Made by a program: the position numbers and the translations under genes
The notes under the pieces: model-generated
What the model was told of the DNA's origin: nothing
Database searches by the model: none
The model's input: the letters and a program-made list of their open reading frames with translations, nothing else
NCBI GenBank assembly: GCA_024684055.1
Contig: JAIKXN010000178.1
Coordinates: 8,741-72,740, forward strand
DNA length: 64,000 nucleotides
Direction of reading: 5' to 3'
Source: Lachnospiraceae bacterium
GTDB lineage: Bacteria; Bacillota; Clostridia; Lachnospirales; Lachnospiraceae
Shown: one piece after another, positions 53,071-62,626 of the stretch
Layout of the letters: each line of letters opens with the position of its first letter
Numbering within the stretch: position 1 is the first letter of the stretch

Positions 53071-55056
53071 TTATCTCTTAAGATTTACCAGCTCTTCAAG
53101 TAATGTATCTGAAACCGTGATAATTCGGCTGTTTGCCTGGAAACCACGCTGTGTTGTGATCATTTCCGTAAATTCTGCGGAAAGGTCAACGTTTGACATT
53201 TCAAGTACACCGGTTGACATGTATCCTCCGCCTGCGGTTACATCAACGCCGATTCCGTCGAATTCACCCGAGTTAAGCGTTGCCGAATAAAGGTTGTCGC
53301 CTTCCTTCTGAAGACCGGATGCGTTTGCAAAGCTTGCAACTGCGATCTGTCCGAGAAGTCTTGTCTGACCGTTATCGTATGATGCATAAATCATACCGTT
53401 ATTCTGAATGGAAACACCCGAAAGTTCACCGAGTTTACGGCCTGAACCGAGTCCTCTGTCATCACCGTTTACCATGGTGATCGTGGAAGTTCCGTTGTTG
53501 TTGAACATTGACGCCTTGGAGAAATCGATGTCAACATCATTGAAATGCTCAAGGTTAACCACTTCACCCACGAGGTTTGTTGTCATTGTATTGAAATCAA
53601 GTGTCGCAACATCACCGCCGTTAATTGACTTGAATTCACCTGTTGACGTATCGAAAATAAGTGAATTGCCGGAAATGGTTTCTGTTGTTGTGACCTGAGC
53701 CTGTCCGTCGGGAGCAACCATGAATGAATATGTTACGTTCGGATTTGAAGTATCAAGTCCATAAGCCTCTCCCTGAGATATCTCCTTAATAAAGTTATTA
53801 TCTTTAAAATCAGTATTTGCATCAAAAGTGAACTTCTGGACAAAACTGAATTTTACAGTGCCGTCTTCATCCATTTCGGCATTGAATTGATCCAGTCCTG
53901 TCTTATTCAAAACAGTTTCCCAGTTGTCATCCGTATCAGATGTAAGGAAATACTCATTGCTTCCATCCTTATAGTAATAATAATCATATTTATGATTCTC
54001 ATCTCCGCCTTTAACATATACAAGGCCGAAAGCTTCTTCAAGATCGTTCTTTTCGAGTGTACCATTTCCCTTAAGAGTAAAATCACCGCCCTTTGTATAA
54101 GGAGGATTCTCAACCTTGGGATCGGGAATGGTATAATCGATACCCGGAAGTTTATTTGTGTCAAAATCGGAGAAAGTTTCCGAAAGACTTGTTTCCTTGT
54201 AATATGCGCCGTTTCCGCCGTTAGCGGTTGCATCATAAGTTACGCCGTCAAGAAGGTCGTAAAGAGTTGTCGTAGTCTGTACGTGATCCGTACCGAAAGT
54301 AGCGATATCTTTAATACTTCCTACATTGTAAACATCCTTTAACGACTCATTCTTTGCGTTGAGAATATCAGTCATTTCAACGTTGTAAACGCCTTCGGAT
54401 TCTGTATTCTTAATTGCAAATTTAACAGTATAAGCATATCCGAGACCGTCAAAAATAGAAACCGAAATCGTTCTTCCCGATGTAGATGCAGCATTGGGAT
54501 CGTTCTTGTCAAGAATACCCGATACGTAAGCTTTTGATGTGGCTTCAGGCGGATATGTCATATTCTCGGGACTCATGATCCTTAAAGGTTTTACTGTATC
54601 CTGTTTGATAGTCATCGTTGCTTCTTCAACGCCCCATCCCATTACATTGTAACCGGTGGAAGTTGTTGCAAGATTACCTGCAGCATCAACGTAGAAAGAA
54701 CCGTCTCTCGTAAAGAAATTATCGCTGCCGTTGCTTACTATAAAGAATGAATCTCCCGTAATCTTAATATCAAAAGGGTTGCCTGTTGTCTGTGAAGAAC
54801 CGGGAGTTGTGATAGCTGTTGAAATAGCGCCCGAAACAGATCCTAAACCGATCTGCTTGGCGTTGGTACCTGCGGTTCCGGTCGTTGCGTTGGGTCCCGA
54901 TGCAGCCTGCGTTGTCTGATACATAAGTTCAGAAAAAGTAACCGACTGCGACTTGAAGGCCGTGGTGTTAACGTTGGCAATGTTGTTACCGATAACGTCC
55001 ATCTTTACCTGGTGTGTCTTAAGCCCCGAAACGCCGGAGTAAAGTGCTCTCATCAT
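53071..55056 (-). CDS. flgE: Flagellar hook protein FlgE (long form)
   Basis: MMRALYSGVSG..VIGNNIANVNT N-terminus, TRDGSF, LEMSNVDLS..QRGFQAN C-terminus; 661 aa. Confidence 0.96.
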   Translation of the reverse strand: MMRALYSGVSGLKTHQVKMDVIGNNIANVNTTAFKSQSVTFSELMYQTTQAASGPNATTGTAGTNAKQIGLGSVSGAISTAITTPGSSQTTGNPFDIKITGDSFFIVSNGSDNFFTRDGSFYVDAAGNLATTSTGYNVMGWGVEEATMTIKQDTVKPLRIMSPENMTYPPEATSKAYVSGILDKNDPNAASTSGRTISVSIFDGLGYAYTVKFAIKNTESEGVYNVEMTDILNAKNESLKDVYNVGSIKDIATFGTDHVQTTTTLYDLLDGVTYDATANGGNGAYYKETSLSETFSDFDTNKLPGIDYTIPDPKVENPPYTKGGDFTLKGNGTLEKNDLEEAFGLVYVKGGDENHKYDYYYYKDGSNEYFLTSDTDDNWETVLNKTGLDQFNAEMDEDGTVKFSFVQKFTFDANTDFKDNNFIKEISQGEAYGLDTSNPNVTYSFMVAPDGQAQVTTTETISGNSLIFDTSTGEFKSINGGDVATLDFNTMTTNLVGEVVNLEHFNDVDIDFSKASMFNNNGTSTITMVNGDDRGLGSGRKLGELSGVSIQNNGMIYASYDNGQTRLLGQIAVASFANASGLQKEGDNLYSATLNSGEFDGIGVDVTAGGGYMSTGVLEMSNVDLSAEFTEMITTQRGFQANSRIITVSDTLLEELVNLKR

Positions 55057-55063
55057 AATATTT

Positions 55064-55135
55064 GTCCTCCATTATTTTATTTTGGACGGATGTAAGAGGA
55101 CTTCTGCCTCTTAAATTAGCTTCCCGAAGGTCCGG
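55064..55135 (-). promoter_or_regulatory. Structured leader upstream of flgE with anti-SD potential
   Basis: Hairpin TAAGAGG/CCTCTTA; the overlapping GTCCTC is complementary to GAGGAC in the SD region. Confidence 0.5.
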
Positions 55136-55561
55136 CTAAGCGATTACCGCTCCGTCAATGTTTGTAAAAATATTTTCTTCGTTGCCGTTCTGATCCATGG
55201 CCGTTACTACCGTATTGTTGGGAACATTTACGATAAATGCAAGTTCATCAACCAGAACGAGTGATTCTTTGATTCCCTTTTCGCCTGCTTTTCTGGCGCC
55301 TTCATTCAGTCTGTCAAGCTGAGTGTCGGTAATTGAAATGTTTCTGTTTTCAAGTCTCGTCATTGCATGTTTCGAAAATCTTATTTCATTAGATGAATAA
55401 TTCTTTGTATTTTCTTCAAGTTTTCGTTTTAAGACATCATCGAAACTTACCGACTGACCGGGAGCCTGTTGGATTTTTGAAGGTTCATGTACTTTGCCGT
55501 TTCCAAGCAAAGCTTCCTGAATCTGCAGGTTGGAAAGGAATGCCGAATTATTGATATTCAT
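55136..55561 (-). CDS. Flagellar operon protein (TIGR02530 family)
   Basis: FSKHAMTRLENRNI, KGIKESLVLV, VNVPNNTVVTAMD, IFTNIDGAV; between flgD and flgE. Confidence 0.92.
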   Translation of the reverse strand: MNINNSAFLSNLQIQEALLGNGKVHEPSKIQQAPGQSVSFDDVLKRKLEENTKNYSSNEIRFSKHAMTRLENRNISITDTQLDRLNEGARKAGEKGIKESLVLVDELAFIVNVPNNTVVTAMDQNGNEENIFTNIDGAVIA

Positions 55562-55772
55562 GTATTGCCCTCCCTGAAATCAGAATTGTTTTCGTAACTA
55601 AATTATTTATCGGTACGGTGTCCTTCTTTCATTACATTCTTTGAAACAAATTTTGTATAAAATAACCGTTTACCATAATCAAGCCCTCACCGGGATTTTT
55701 CGATAACAGAGGATTTTACCTTTTCATTCAGTCAAAATTTTGTATAAAAAGAATTCCCGTACAAAAGATAAT

Positions 55773-56498
55773 TTAAACTGTCTCCGATTCTCCGATTATT
55801 TCGGGAGCTTCTCCTGTTTCTCCTTCAGGAGCCGGATTATTGTCTTCCGTAAGTGCAGCTGCCATAAGGTCATTTGCCTTGGTAACGTACTGCATAAGAA
55901 GTTCTTCCGTTCCCTTGGGTAAAAGTGAAAGTTGATATTCAGTCATGCCGTTGTAAAGGTTCAATGCTTCAATCACACTCGAAACCTCATTCATTGAGAG
56001 GTTCTCAACCTTCGGAAGTTTGTCGATGATCTCCCGGATCTTGTCAACCGCATTTGTACCCTGAAGGTATTCGCCGTCAATAACTTCCTTGAGTTCATCG
56101 ATGGGATAAAGTGTACCGTCAACGGAAAGGAATGCTTTAGAGCCGTTGTAAACAACTTTTTCAACATAACCCTGAATCGTTTTTGTTTCTCCGTTATCGC
56201 CTTTTGATTCGATGATAACTTCTTTTCCGACAGCTTCACTTGCTCTTGATAAGTTAAGACTGCTGGACATGTTCTGCATCTGTTCAAGCTCGGAGAATGT
56301 AGCATACTGCGAAATATACTCGGTATTGGAAGTAGGTTCCAAAGGATCCTGATATTTCATCTGAGCTACAAGAAGCTGAAGGAATGCATCCTTATCCATT
56401 TCGCTTGAACCTCTCTCAGCAGTTGTTTTGTTGTTAGCAGTACTGTTAGTATTCTGAGTTAAAAGTGAACCGTCAACATACTGTGCCGTTAAACTCAT
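55773..56498 (-). CDS. flgD: Hook capping protein FlgD
   Basis: MDKDAFLQLLVAQMKYQDPLEP, SQYATFSELEQMQN. Confidence 0.96.
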   Translation of the reverse strand: MSLTAQYVDGSLLTQNTNSTANNKTTAERGSSEMDKDAFLQLLVAQMKYQDPLEPTSNTEYISQYATFSELEQMQNMSSSLNLSRASEAVGKEVIIESKGDNGETKTIQGYVEKVVYNGSKAFLSVDGTLYPIDELKEVIDGEYLQGTNAVDKIREIIDKLPKVENLSMNEVSSVIEALNLYNGMTEYQLSLLPKGTEELLMQYVTKANDLMAAALTEDNNPAPEGETGEAPEIIGESETV

Positions 56499-56508
56499 AT
56501 TATTTCTC

Positions 56509-57894
56509 CTATGCTCTGTAATCCATTGTGTTTCCGTTCGCCGCCATCATTTCAACAGCGATCTTTTCGTCGTCCTCGTACTCTTCAACTTCGTCAAGTT
56601 CGATGCCGTCCGAAATATTGATATTTCTTCTGGCAGTCTCTCTTGCCGCTCTTTCGTTGGCTTCGTCTCTGGACTCCTGCTGTGCGTTTTCGTTGAATTC
56701 GTTTGTCGAAACTCTTACTTCAACCTGATCTACTCTGATTCCTGAATGATCGAAATCTTCTTTAAGCTGAATAAGCTGTCCTTCGAGAATTGCACGTACA
56801 TTTTCATTGTTAGTTACAAGTTCCGCTTTCATAAGACCTTCGCTCTGTGTAACTCTTACCTGAATGGTACCGAGTGTTTCGGGCTCAAGTTTAAGCTGAA
56901 CTTCGTTGATCGTTTCCGTCGAAAGATTCCTGATATACTCGCCTATCTGGTCATAAATACGCTGTGCGTCCGTTGAGAAAACGGTATTTTCACCCGAAAC
57001 GCCCTGAAGCTGTTCATTAACCTGTAAAGGAGATTCCGTTGAAGCAAAAGTATTTAAACCGGCTGAATTGTTATCGGAAGAACGCTCGTTTGAACTTTTG
57101 TTTCCACTGTCCGTCTTCTTAACTTCTGCTGTGTTTGCTGTTTCTATTGATGATAATTCGTTATCGTTTTCATTAACTTTCAAATTGTTAATTTCTTCTT
57201 TAACATTGTTATCATCGGCTGCGTTTGCAGGTGCCGCTTCTTTTTCAACTGTTTTTAAAGCTTCGTCAATAAAACTCTTTAAATCTTTTTCGTCGATACC
57301 GAGTTCTTCGGAAAGATTCTTAACTTCTTCGGATGTGAGTTCTTCGATCGATTTGATCGATTCGAATAAAGAATCATCGGTAAGAATGTCAACAGAATCC
57401 GTTATTCCGTTAAGTTCCATAACAATCGCCTGAACTTTGGAAGGATCAAGCAGATCTGTAACCGAAATATTGTTCTCCTCCATGAAGTTCATCATGTCTT
57501 CGGGAGAAATACCGAGAGCCTCTGCGTAAGCATTGATCAATCCGGCAACAGCTTCATTGATTGTTTCTTCTTCGCTCACTGCTTCATCGGTTTCTTTTAC
57601 GGAAACATTGGTCTTGGTTTCTTTTGTTTTGGAAACTTTGTTATCATTCGATTCGATCTTCTTTTCGAATTTTCTGCCGTTTGTTTCCTTAAGATAATTT
57701 TCTTTGACATTGTCCGCAGGCTTAAGTTCATCAACAACATTCACGCCTTTTGCAGCGATTTTTTCAATATCGCCGTTCTGAGAAGCGTTCTCGAATGTTT
57801 TTGCAAATTCACCTGTAGATTCGTTGTTTTGGGGAATATCGACATTGATAAGATTAAAGTCGTTAACGAGATTGGAAATCGGTGATGTACCCAT
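56509..57894 (-). CDS. fliK: Hook-length control protein FliK
   Basis: Acidic low-complexity N-terminus; C-terminal T3S4-like domain (VQLKLEPETLGTIQVRV). Confidence 0.9.
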   Translation of the reverse strand: MGTSPISNLVNDFNLINVDIPQNNESTGEFAKTFENASQNGDIEKIAAKGVNVVDELKPADNVKENYLKETNGRKFEKKIESNDNKVSKTKETKTNVSVKETDEAVSEEETINEAVAGLINAYAEALGISPEDMMNFMEENNISVTDLLDPSKVQAIVMELNGITDSVDILTDDSLFESIKSIEELTSEEVKNLSEELGIDEKDLKSFIDEALKTVEKEAAPANAADDNNVKEEINNLKVNENDNELSSIETANTAEVKKTDSGNKSSNERSSDNNSAGLNTFASTESPLQVNEQLQGVSGENTVFSTDAQRIYDQIGEYIRNLSTETINEVQLKLEPETLGTIQVRVTQSEGLMKAELVTNNENVRAILEGQLIQLKEDFDHSGIRVDQVEVRVSTNEFNENAQQESRDEANERAARETARRNINISDGIELDEVEEYEDDEKIAVEMMAANGNTMDYRA

Positions 57895-57939
57895 GTTTTT
57901 CCTCCTTTCTTAGAATATTTGAGAAAATCTCTAAATATT

Positions 57940-57966
57940 TTATCGAAAGAAAATGAGAATACTTTA
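57940..57966 (-). promoter_or_regulatory. sigma28 promoter for fliK-flgD
   Basis: TAAAGTAT-N11-TTCGATAA (consensus TAAAGTTT-N11-GCCGATAA), in the intergenic spacer. Confidence 0.7.
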
Positions 57967-57968
57967 GT

Positions 57969-58835
57969 TTACGGTTCCATTATTTTCGTAATCTTTGCGG
58001 CCGTATCCGGATTCATGGCACCCAAAATGTTTCCTCTGTCTTCAGCACTCATATTTTCAAGGATTTTTGCGGCAAGCTGAAGATTGTCTGTCATGGCATT
58101 AAAAATACCTGCAGCCTGTTTGGGTTTCATCTCGGAATATGCTTTTGCATATTCCTTAACCTCTGCGGAAACTTCTTCTTCGGCAACCACCTGTCTGTAA
58201 ATATACTCTGCCGTAGCGGGATCGATTGATTCGTAATATCTTGCAAATTCCGAAGCTCCGGGACCTTTTTCGGAATAAACCACTTCCTGATAAAACTGAT
58301 TTTTAATTCTTTCAAATTCAACCTGGTTTGCTTCGAAAGTTTTAAGTCTGTTTACTTCGGTCGTTAAAGCATCGATCTGCTCTTTGTTGACTTCATTTTC
58401 GCTTGTAACATTAGCAAGTTCGGTTTCAAGGACCTTGATCCTGTCAACTGCATCGGAGAGCGAAGTATATCCGTAATAGCTTTCTATATCCGTAGTTTCG
58501 GTAATTGCGTCTTTGGGAAGTATGTATTTTACTACCGGAACATTCTTGAGTACCGGCGCAAAAACATTTGTACCCACTCCGCCGAGGTCCAGTTTTACAA
58601 CAAGACAGAATATTGCGATCCATACCAAAACAAGCACAATCGTAATGACGATCGCACCGAACATGCTCGAAGAAGAATTTTCGTCATAAAGGTCGGATTC
58701 CTGCTTTGCAAGTTCTTTTGCCTTGGCTTTTGCTTCTTTTTGGGCTTTCTTCTGCTCATCCTTTAATTTTTTCTTTTCGTCGGCAATCTTCTTTTTTTCT
58801 TCTTTAAGTTTTAATTCTTCGGGTGTGGCAGCCAT
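57969..58835 (-). CDS. YlxF/MotE-like flagellar protein (MgtE_N-like C-terminus)
   Basis: Lys-rich N-terminal helix, one TM, coiled coil, YSEMKPKQAAGIF..GNILGAMNPDTAAKIT; between fliJ and fliK. Confidence 0.8.
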   Translation of the reverse strand: MAATPEELKLKEEKKKIADEKKKLKDEQKKAQKEAKAKAKELAKQESDLYDENSSSSMFGAIVITIVLVLVWIAIFCLVVKLDLGGVGTNVFAPVLKNVPVVKYILPKDAITETTDIESYYGYTSLSDAVDRIKVLETELANVTSENEVNKEQIDALTTEVNRLKTFEANQVEFERIKNQFYQEVVYSEKGPGASEFARYYESIDPATAEYIYRQVVAEEEVSAEVKEYAKAYSEMKPKQAAGIFNAMTDNLQLAAKILENMSAEDRGNILGAMNPDTAAKITKIMEP

Positions 58836-59293
58836 TATTTATCTCCTCTTCTGGCCCTTTCGGAAAATCTGAAACTGTTAAGTTCGTCTATCTCTTTGCT
58901 TTCCGCTTTTCCTTCTTCCGTCATAAACTCTTTAAAATCATCTTCTTTGAGTTTTTCGTATATTTTGGTTTCCATTCTGGCTTCCATCATTTTTCTTCTT
59001 GCCGCATCAACGTTTTTTCTTGCAACCGCAACTTCACGTTCCTGCTTTTTCTCTGCATCTTCCATGACTTCAACCGCACGTTTGTTTATGTCTATCGAAA
59101 CGGGATCGATCGTCTGCATGCGAAGACTGACGCCCTCCTCGATATAGCTTTCCTTTTTCTTTCTTATCGAATCAAGAAGCGCTTCCTCTTCAAGAAGTCT
59201 TAAATTGGCATTGGCGAATTCCTGTTTTGCCTGAGTTTCAAGTTTTTCCTTGATATCAAGAATTCCCTGCATTTTGTACTTGTATACTGCCAT
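58835..59293 (-). CDS. fliJ: Flagellar export chaperone FliJ
   Basis: YKYKMQGILDIKEKLE coiled coil, EKLKE, EIDEL; follows fliI. Confidence 0.92.
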   Translation of the reverse strand: MAVYKYKMQGILDIKEKLETQAKQEFANANLRLLEEEALLDSIRKKKESYIEEGVSLRMQTIDPVSIDINKRAVEVMEDAEKKQEREVAVARKNVDAARRKMMEARMETKIYEKLKEDDFKEFMTEEGKAESKEIDELNSFRFSERARRGDK

Positions 59294-59341
59294 AAAAAAC
59301 TCTTACCTAAAATCCCGGAATACAGAATCATAATAATCGGT

Positions 59342-59368
59342 TCATCGCTTTTTCATTAAAAAGTTTTA
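59342..59368 (-). promoter_or_regulatory. Weak candidate sigma28 promoter upstream of fliJ
   Basis: TAAA-N15-AGCGATGA in a 131-bp spacer. Confidence 0.4.
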
Positions 59369-59424
59369 AATTCCCAAAACACAAATAAATCAAATAAGCT
59401 GTCCGAAAAATAAAACAGTATTTG

Positions 59425-60732
59425 TCAATCAGTTGTAAATAATTTATGCATTAACTCTCTTGTTTCTTCGTAAGTAAACTTCTCATCAGTACCCTGCATG
59501 AGAAACTCATTGACCTTGCCAATATATGCAATGGATTCGTCAATCGAAGCATTCGATCCTTTTTTGTAAGCGCCGATGTTGATAAGATCTTCAGCATCCT
59601 GATATGTCGCCAGAATATTTTTGAGTTTGCCGGCGTCGATTTTCTGTTCCTTGTCAACTATCGAAGACATACATCTGGAAATAGACTGAAGGATATCGAT
59701 CGCGGGATAATGATTCTTGTGCGCAAGTTTTCTGTTTAACATTATATGTCCGTCAAGAATGCTTCGCGCCGTATCCGTGATAGGTTCGTTAAAATCATCG
59801 CCGTCGACAAGAACGGTATAAAGACCTGTGATCGAGCCTCTCTCATCTCTTCCGGCTCTCTCGAGAAGTTTGGGCATTTCGGCATATACCGAAGGCGGAT
59901 ATCCTCTTGTAACAGGAGGTTCGCCCGAAGCAAGTCCGATTTCTCTCTGTGCCATCGAAAAACGTGTAAGTGAGTCCATCATAAGAAGGACGTCCTTGCC
60001 TTTATCCCTGAAATATTCGGCAATAGCCGTAGCTGTTTTGGCGGCCTTGTTTCTTTCAAGAGCAGGCTTGTCGGAAGTCGCAACAACCACTACACTTCGT
60101 CTCATGCCTTCTTCACCAAGGTCTCTTTCGATAAATTCACGAACTTCACGGCCACGCTCTCCTATAAGAGCGATCACGTTAATGTCGGCCTTTGTATTTC
60201 TCGCGAACATGCCCATAAGCGTGGATTTACCTACACCGGAACCTGCGAATATACCGATACGCTGGCCCTTGCCTATCGTTATAAGACCGTCAACCGCTTT
60301 AACTCCGAGCGGAAGCACTTCATCGATAATTTCTCTGCTCATCGGATCGGGCGGTGCATTTTCAACGCTGTAAGAAGCACCGGATGAAAAAACATGTCCG
60401 TTCATGGGACGTCCGAGTCCGTCCAGTACCTCTCCGAGAAGGAAAGAACCTACCTGGATATTTAAAGGATGACCTTCATTTTCAACAAGGCATCCAAGTC
60501 CGATTCCGCTTGTGACCTCGTAAGGCATGAGCAGTGTTTTGTTGTCTTTAAAACCGACAACCTCAGCCGCAATGTAATTCGACTTAAGATTGTCCGTATA
60601 TATTTTACAGATATCGCCGAGTGTTGCATCAGGACCGGACGATTCAACAGTAAGCCCGACTACGTTTACCACTTTGCCGAGCTTGTTGAAAAATTTCTTA
60701 TATTTTACTTCCTGATATTTGGCAATATTCAT
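59425..60732 (-). CDS. fliI: Flagellar export ATPase FliI
   Basis: Walker A GSGVGKS, IGERGREV, Walker B LLMMDSLTRF, LDGHIML. Confidence 0.98.
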   Translation of the reverse strand: MNIAKYQEVKYKKFFNKLGKVVNVVGLTVESSGPDATLGDICKIYTDNLKSNYIAAEVVGFKDNKTLLMPYEVTSGIGLGCLVENEGHPLNIQVGSFLLGEVLDGLGRPMNGHVFSSGASYSVENAPPDPMSREIIDEVLPLGVKAVDGLITIGKGQRIGIFAGSGVGKSTLMGMFARNTKADINVIALIGERGREVREFIERDLGEEGMRRSVVVVATSDKPALERNKAAKTATAIAEYFRDKGKDVLLMMDSLTRFSMAQREIGLASGEPPVTRGYPPSVYAEMPKLLERAGRDERGSITGLYTVLVDGDDFNEPITDTARSILDGHIMLNRKLAHKNHYPAIDILQSISRCMSSIVDKEQKIDAGKLKNILATYQDAEDLINIGAYKKGSNASIDESIAYIGKVNEFLMQGTDEKFTYEETRELMHKLFTTD

Positions 60733-60747
60733 AGTCTGTAAATAAAA

Positions 60748-61617
60748 TTAATCTTTCTGAAAACTTAGAACCTGAAGCGTCTTTCGAAGATTTTCAAGGT
60801 GTGTGGTAACCGAACAGTCGAAAATACCTCCGCCCGTTTCTATAAAAGCATTTCCCTGAGTAAGCGTTTTATCTTCGATAAATTCAAGAGCTTCAACGGG
60901 AATACCGCTTCCTTTGACAAGTTCCCTCTTCTGCATGGTAAGGAAGTTAAAATCATCCGGCGAAAGTCTTAAAGTATAAGTCTTGCCGCTTTCCATCGAT
61001 GCAAGAGTGTTCTTTGCAAGATGGTAAATGACTTCCTTTCTGTCTGAAAAATCGACCTGAAATACATGCTCGTAAATATCCGTAAGGACATCCACCAGAG
61101 CAGGCTCTATCTCATCGATTTTCGCTCTGTAATCCTCAAGAAGTTCTTCTTTCTGCTTATTTAAAAGAAGCTCTTTTTCTATCAGAGCTTCCTTACCGGC
61201 ATTAATACCCTCATCATATCCTAAAGCCCTTCCCTGTTTGTAAGCCTGATCTTTGATGCTCTGAGCTTCTATCTGGGCTTCTCTCACAATTCTTTCGGCA
61301 TCGGAATTCGCCTTGGCCATAATATTGCTGGCCATGTTATTGGCAATCTGAACCGATTCCTTGCTCATGGATCTCTGAGAACCTATATTCTGTGTAATAT
61401 CCCCACCGGACCTGTTGTCGTTTTCATCACGAAGAAGATTCGCCACATTAACCGGCGAAGTCTCATTCATGATACCGTCACTGAATCCGTCGGAATTCTC
61501 GGATATTACGGAATTTGCGATCGAATCAAGTTTCCTTGCAACCAGATCGTTGGATTCGATGATACGTACTTTCTGTTCCTGGTTTACATGATTTGATTTG
61601 TACAGGTTATTATACAA
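60748..61617 (-). CDS. fliH: Flagellar assembly protein FliH
   Basis: AxxxG repeats (AYKQGRALGYDEG), C-terminal IETGGGIFDCS; between fliG and fliI. Confidence 0.92.
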   Translation of the reverse strand: MYNNLYKSNHVNQEQKVRIIESNDLVARKLDSIANSVISENSDGFSDGIMNETSPVNVANLLRDENDNRSGGDITQNIGSQRSMSKESVQIANNMASNIMAKANSDAERIVREAQIEAQSIKDQAYKQGRALGYDEGINAGKEALIEKELLLNKQKEELLEDYRAKIDEIEPALVDVLTDIYEHVFQVDFSDRKEVIYHLAKNTLASMESGKTYTLRLSPDDFNFLTMQKRELVKGSGIPVEALEFIEDKTLTQGNAFIETGGGIFDCSVTTHLENLRKTLQVLSFQKD

Positions 61618-62626
61618 TTATCTCATCTCCTCCGCCTCTGGAGATTACGATTTCTCCTGAATCTTCAAGTTTTCTGATAGTATTAACGATCTTCTGCTGT
61701 GCTTCTTCAACATCCTTCATACGAACAGGTCCCATGAAGTCCATGTCTTCCTTGATCATAGTGGCAAGACGTTTAGACATATTGTTAAATATAGCATTCT
61801 GTACTTCTTCGTTCGAACCTTTAAGCGAAATTGAAAGGTCATTATTGTCAACATCACGAAGAACTCTCTGAATTGCTCTGTCATCAAGCAAAAGAATATC
61901 TTCGAATACGAACATTTTCTTTCTGATCTCGTCGGCAAGTTCGGGGTCCTCGATTTCGAGTGTTTCCATGATGTGTTTTTCAGTACCTCTGTCAACATTG
62001 TTGAGGATTTCAACAACATGATCAACACCGCCGATGATCGTATAATCCTGATTAACAAGATTGGCAAGTTTGGATTCGAGTACTTTCTCGACTTCTTTGA
62101 TCACATCGGGGCTCGTTCTGTCCATCGTTGCGATTCTTCTTGCTACATCAGCCTGAAGTTCGGGAGAAAGAGAAGAAATGATTGCCGAGCACTGTGCAGG
62201 ATTAAGATACGACAAAATCAAAGCAATGGTCTGAGGATGCTCATCCTGAATAAAGGATAAAAGCTGTGATGCATCGGTTTTACGTACGAATTCGAAAGGT
62301 TTAACCTGGATTGAAGATGTAAGTCTGTTAAGGACATCATTGGCTTTATCCGCACCAAGAGCTTTCTCAAGAAGTTCTTTCGCATAACCGATACCGCCTT
62401 CCGCAATATACTGCTGGGCAAGGCAGACTTCGTAAAATTCATTTATGATCTGTTCTTTTATCTGAGGAGCAACCGAACGTGTATTGGCAATTTCCAGTGT
62501 AAGTTCTTCGATTTCCTCTTCTTTCAGATGTTTGAAAACATTGGCTGATTTCTCGGGTCCGAGCGATATCAAAAGTATCGCCGCTTTCTGAAGTCCCGGA
62601 ATCTTATCGTCTGAGTTACGCATCAT
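61610..62626 (-). CDS. fliG: Flagellar rotor protein FliG
   Basis: QKAAILLISLG, EHPQTIALIL, MFVFEDI, GPVRMKDVEEAQ. Confidence 0.98.
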   Translation of the reverse strand: MMRNSDDKIPGLQKAAILLISLGPEKSANVFKHLKEEEIEELTLEIANTRSVAPQIKEQIINEFYEVCLAQQYIAEGGIGYAKELLEKALGADKANDVLNRLTSSIQVKPFEFVRKTDASQLLSFIQDEHPQTIALILSYLNPAQCSAIISSLSPELQADVARRIATMDRTSPDVIKEVEKVLESKLANLVNQDYTIIGGVDHVVEILNNVDRGTEKHIMETLEIEDPELADEIRKKMFVFEDILLLDDRAIQRVLRDVDNNDLSISLKGSNEEVQNAIFNNMSKRLATMIKEDMDFMGPVRMKDVEEAQQKIVNTIRKLEDSGEIVISRGGGDEIIV

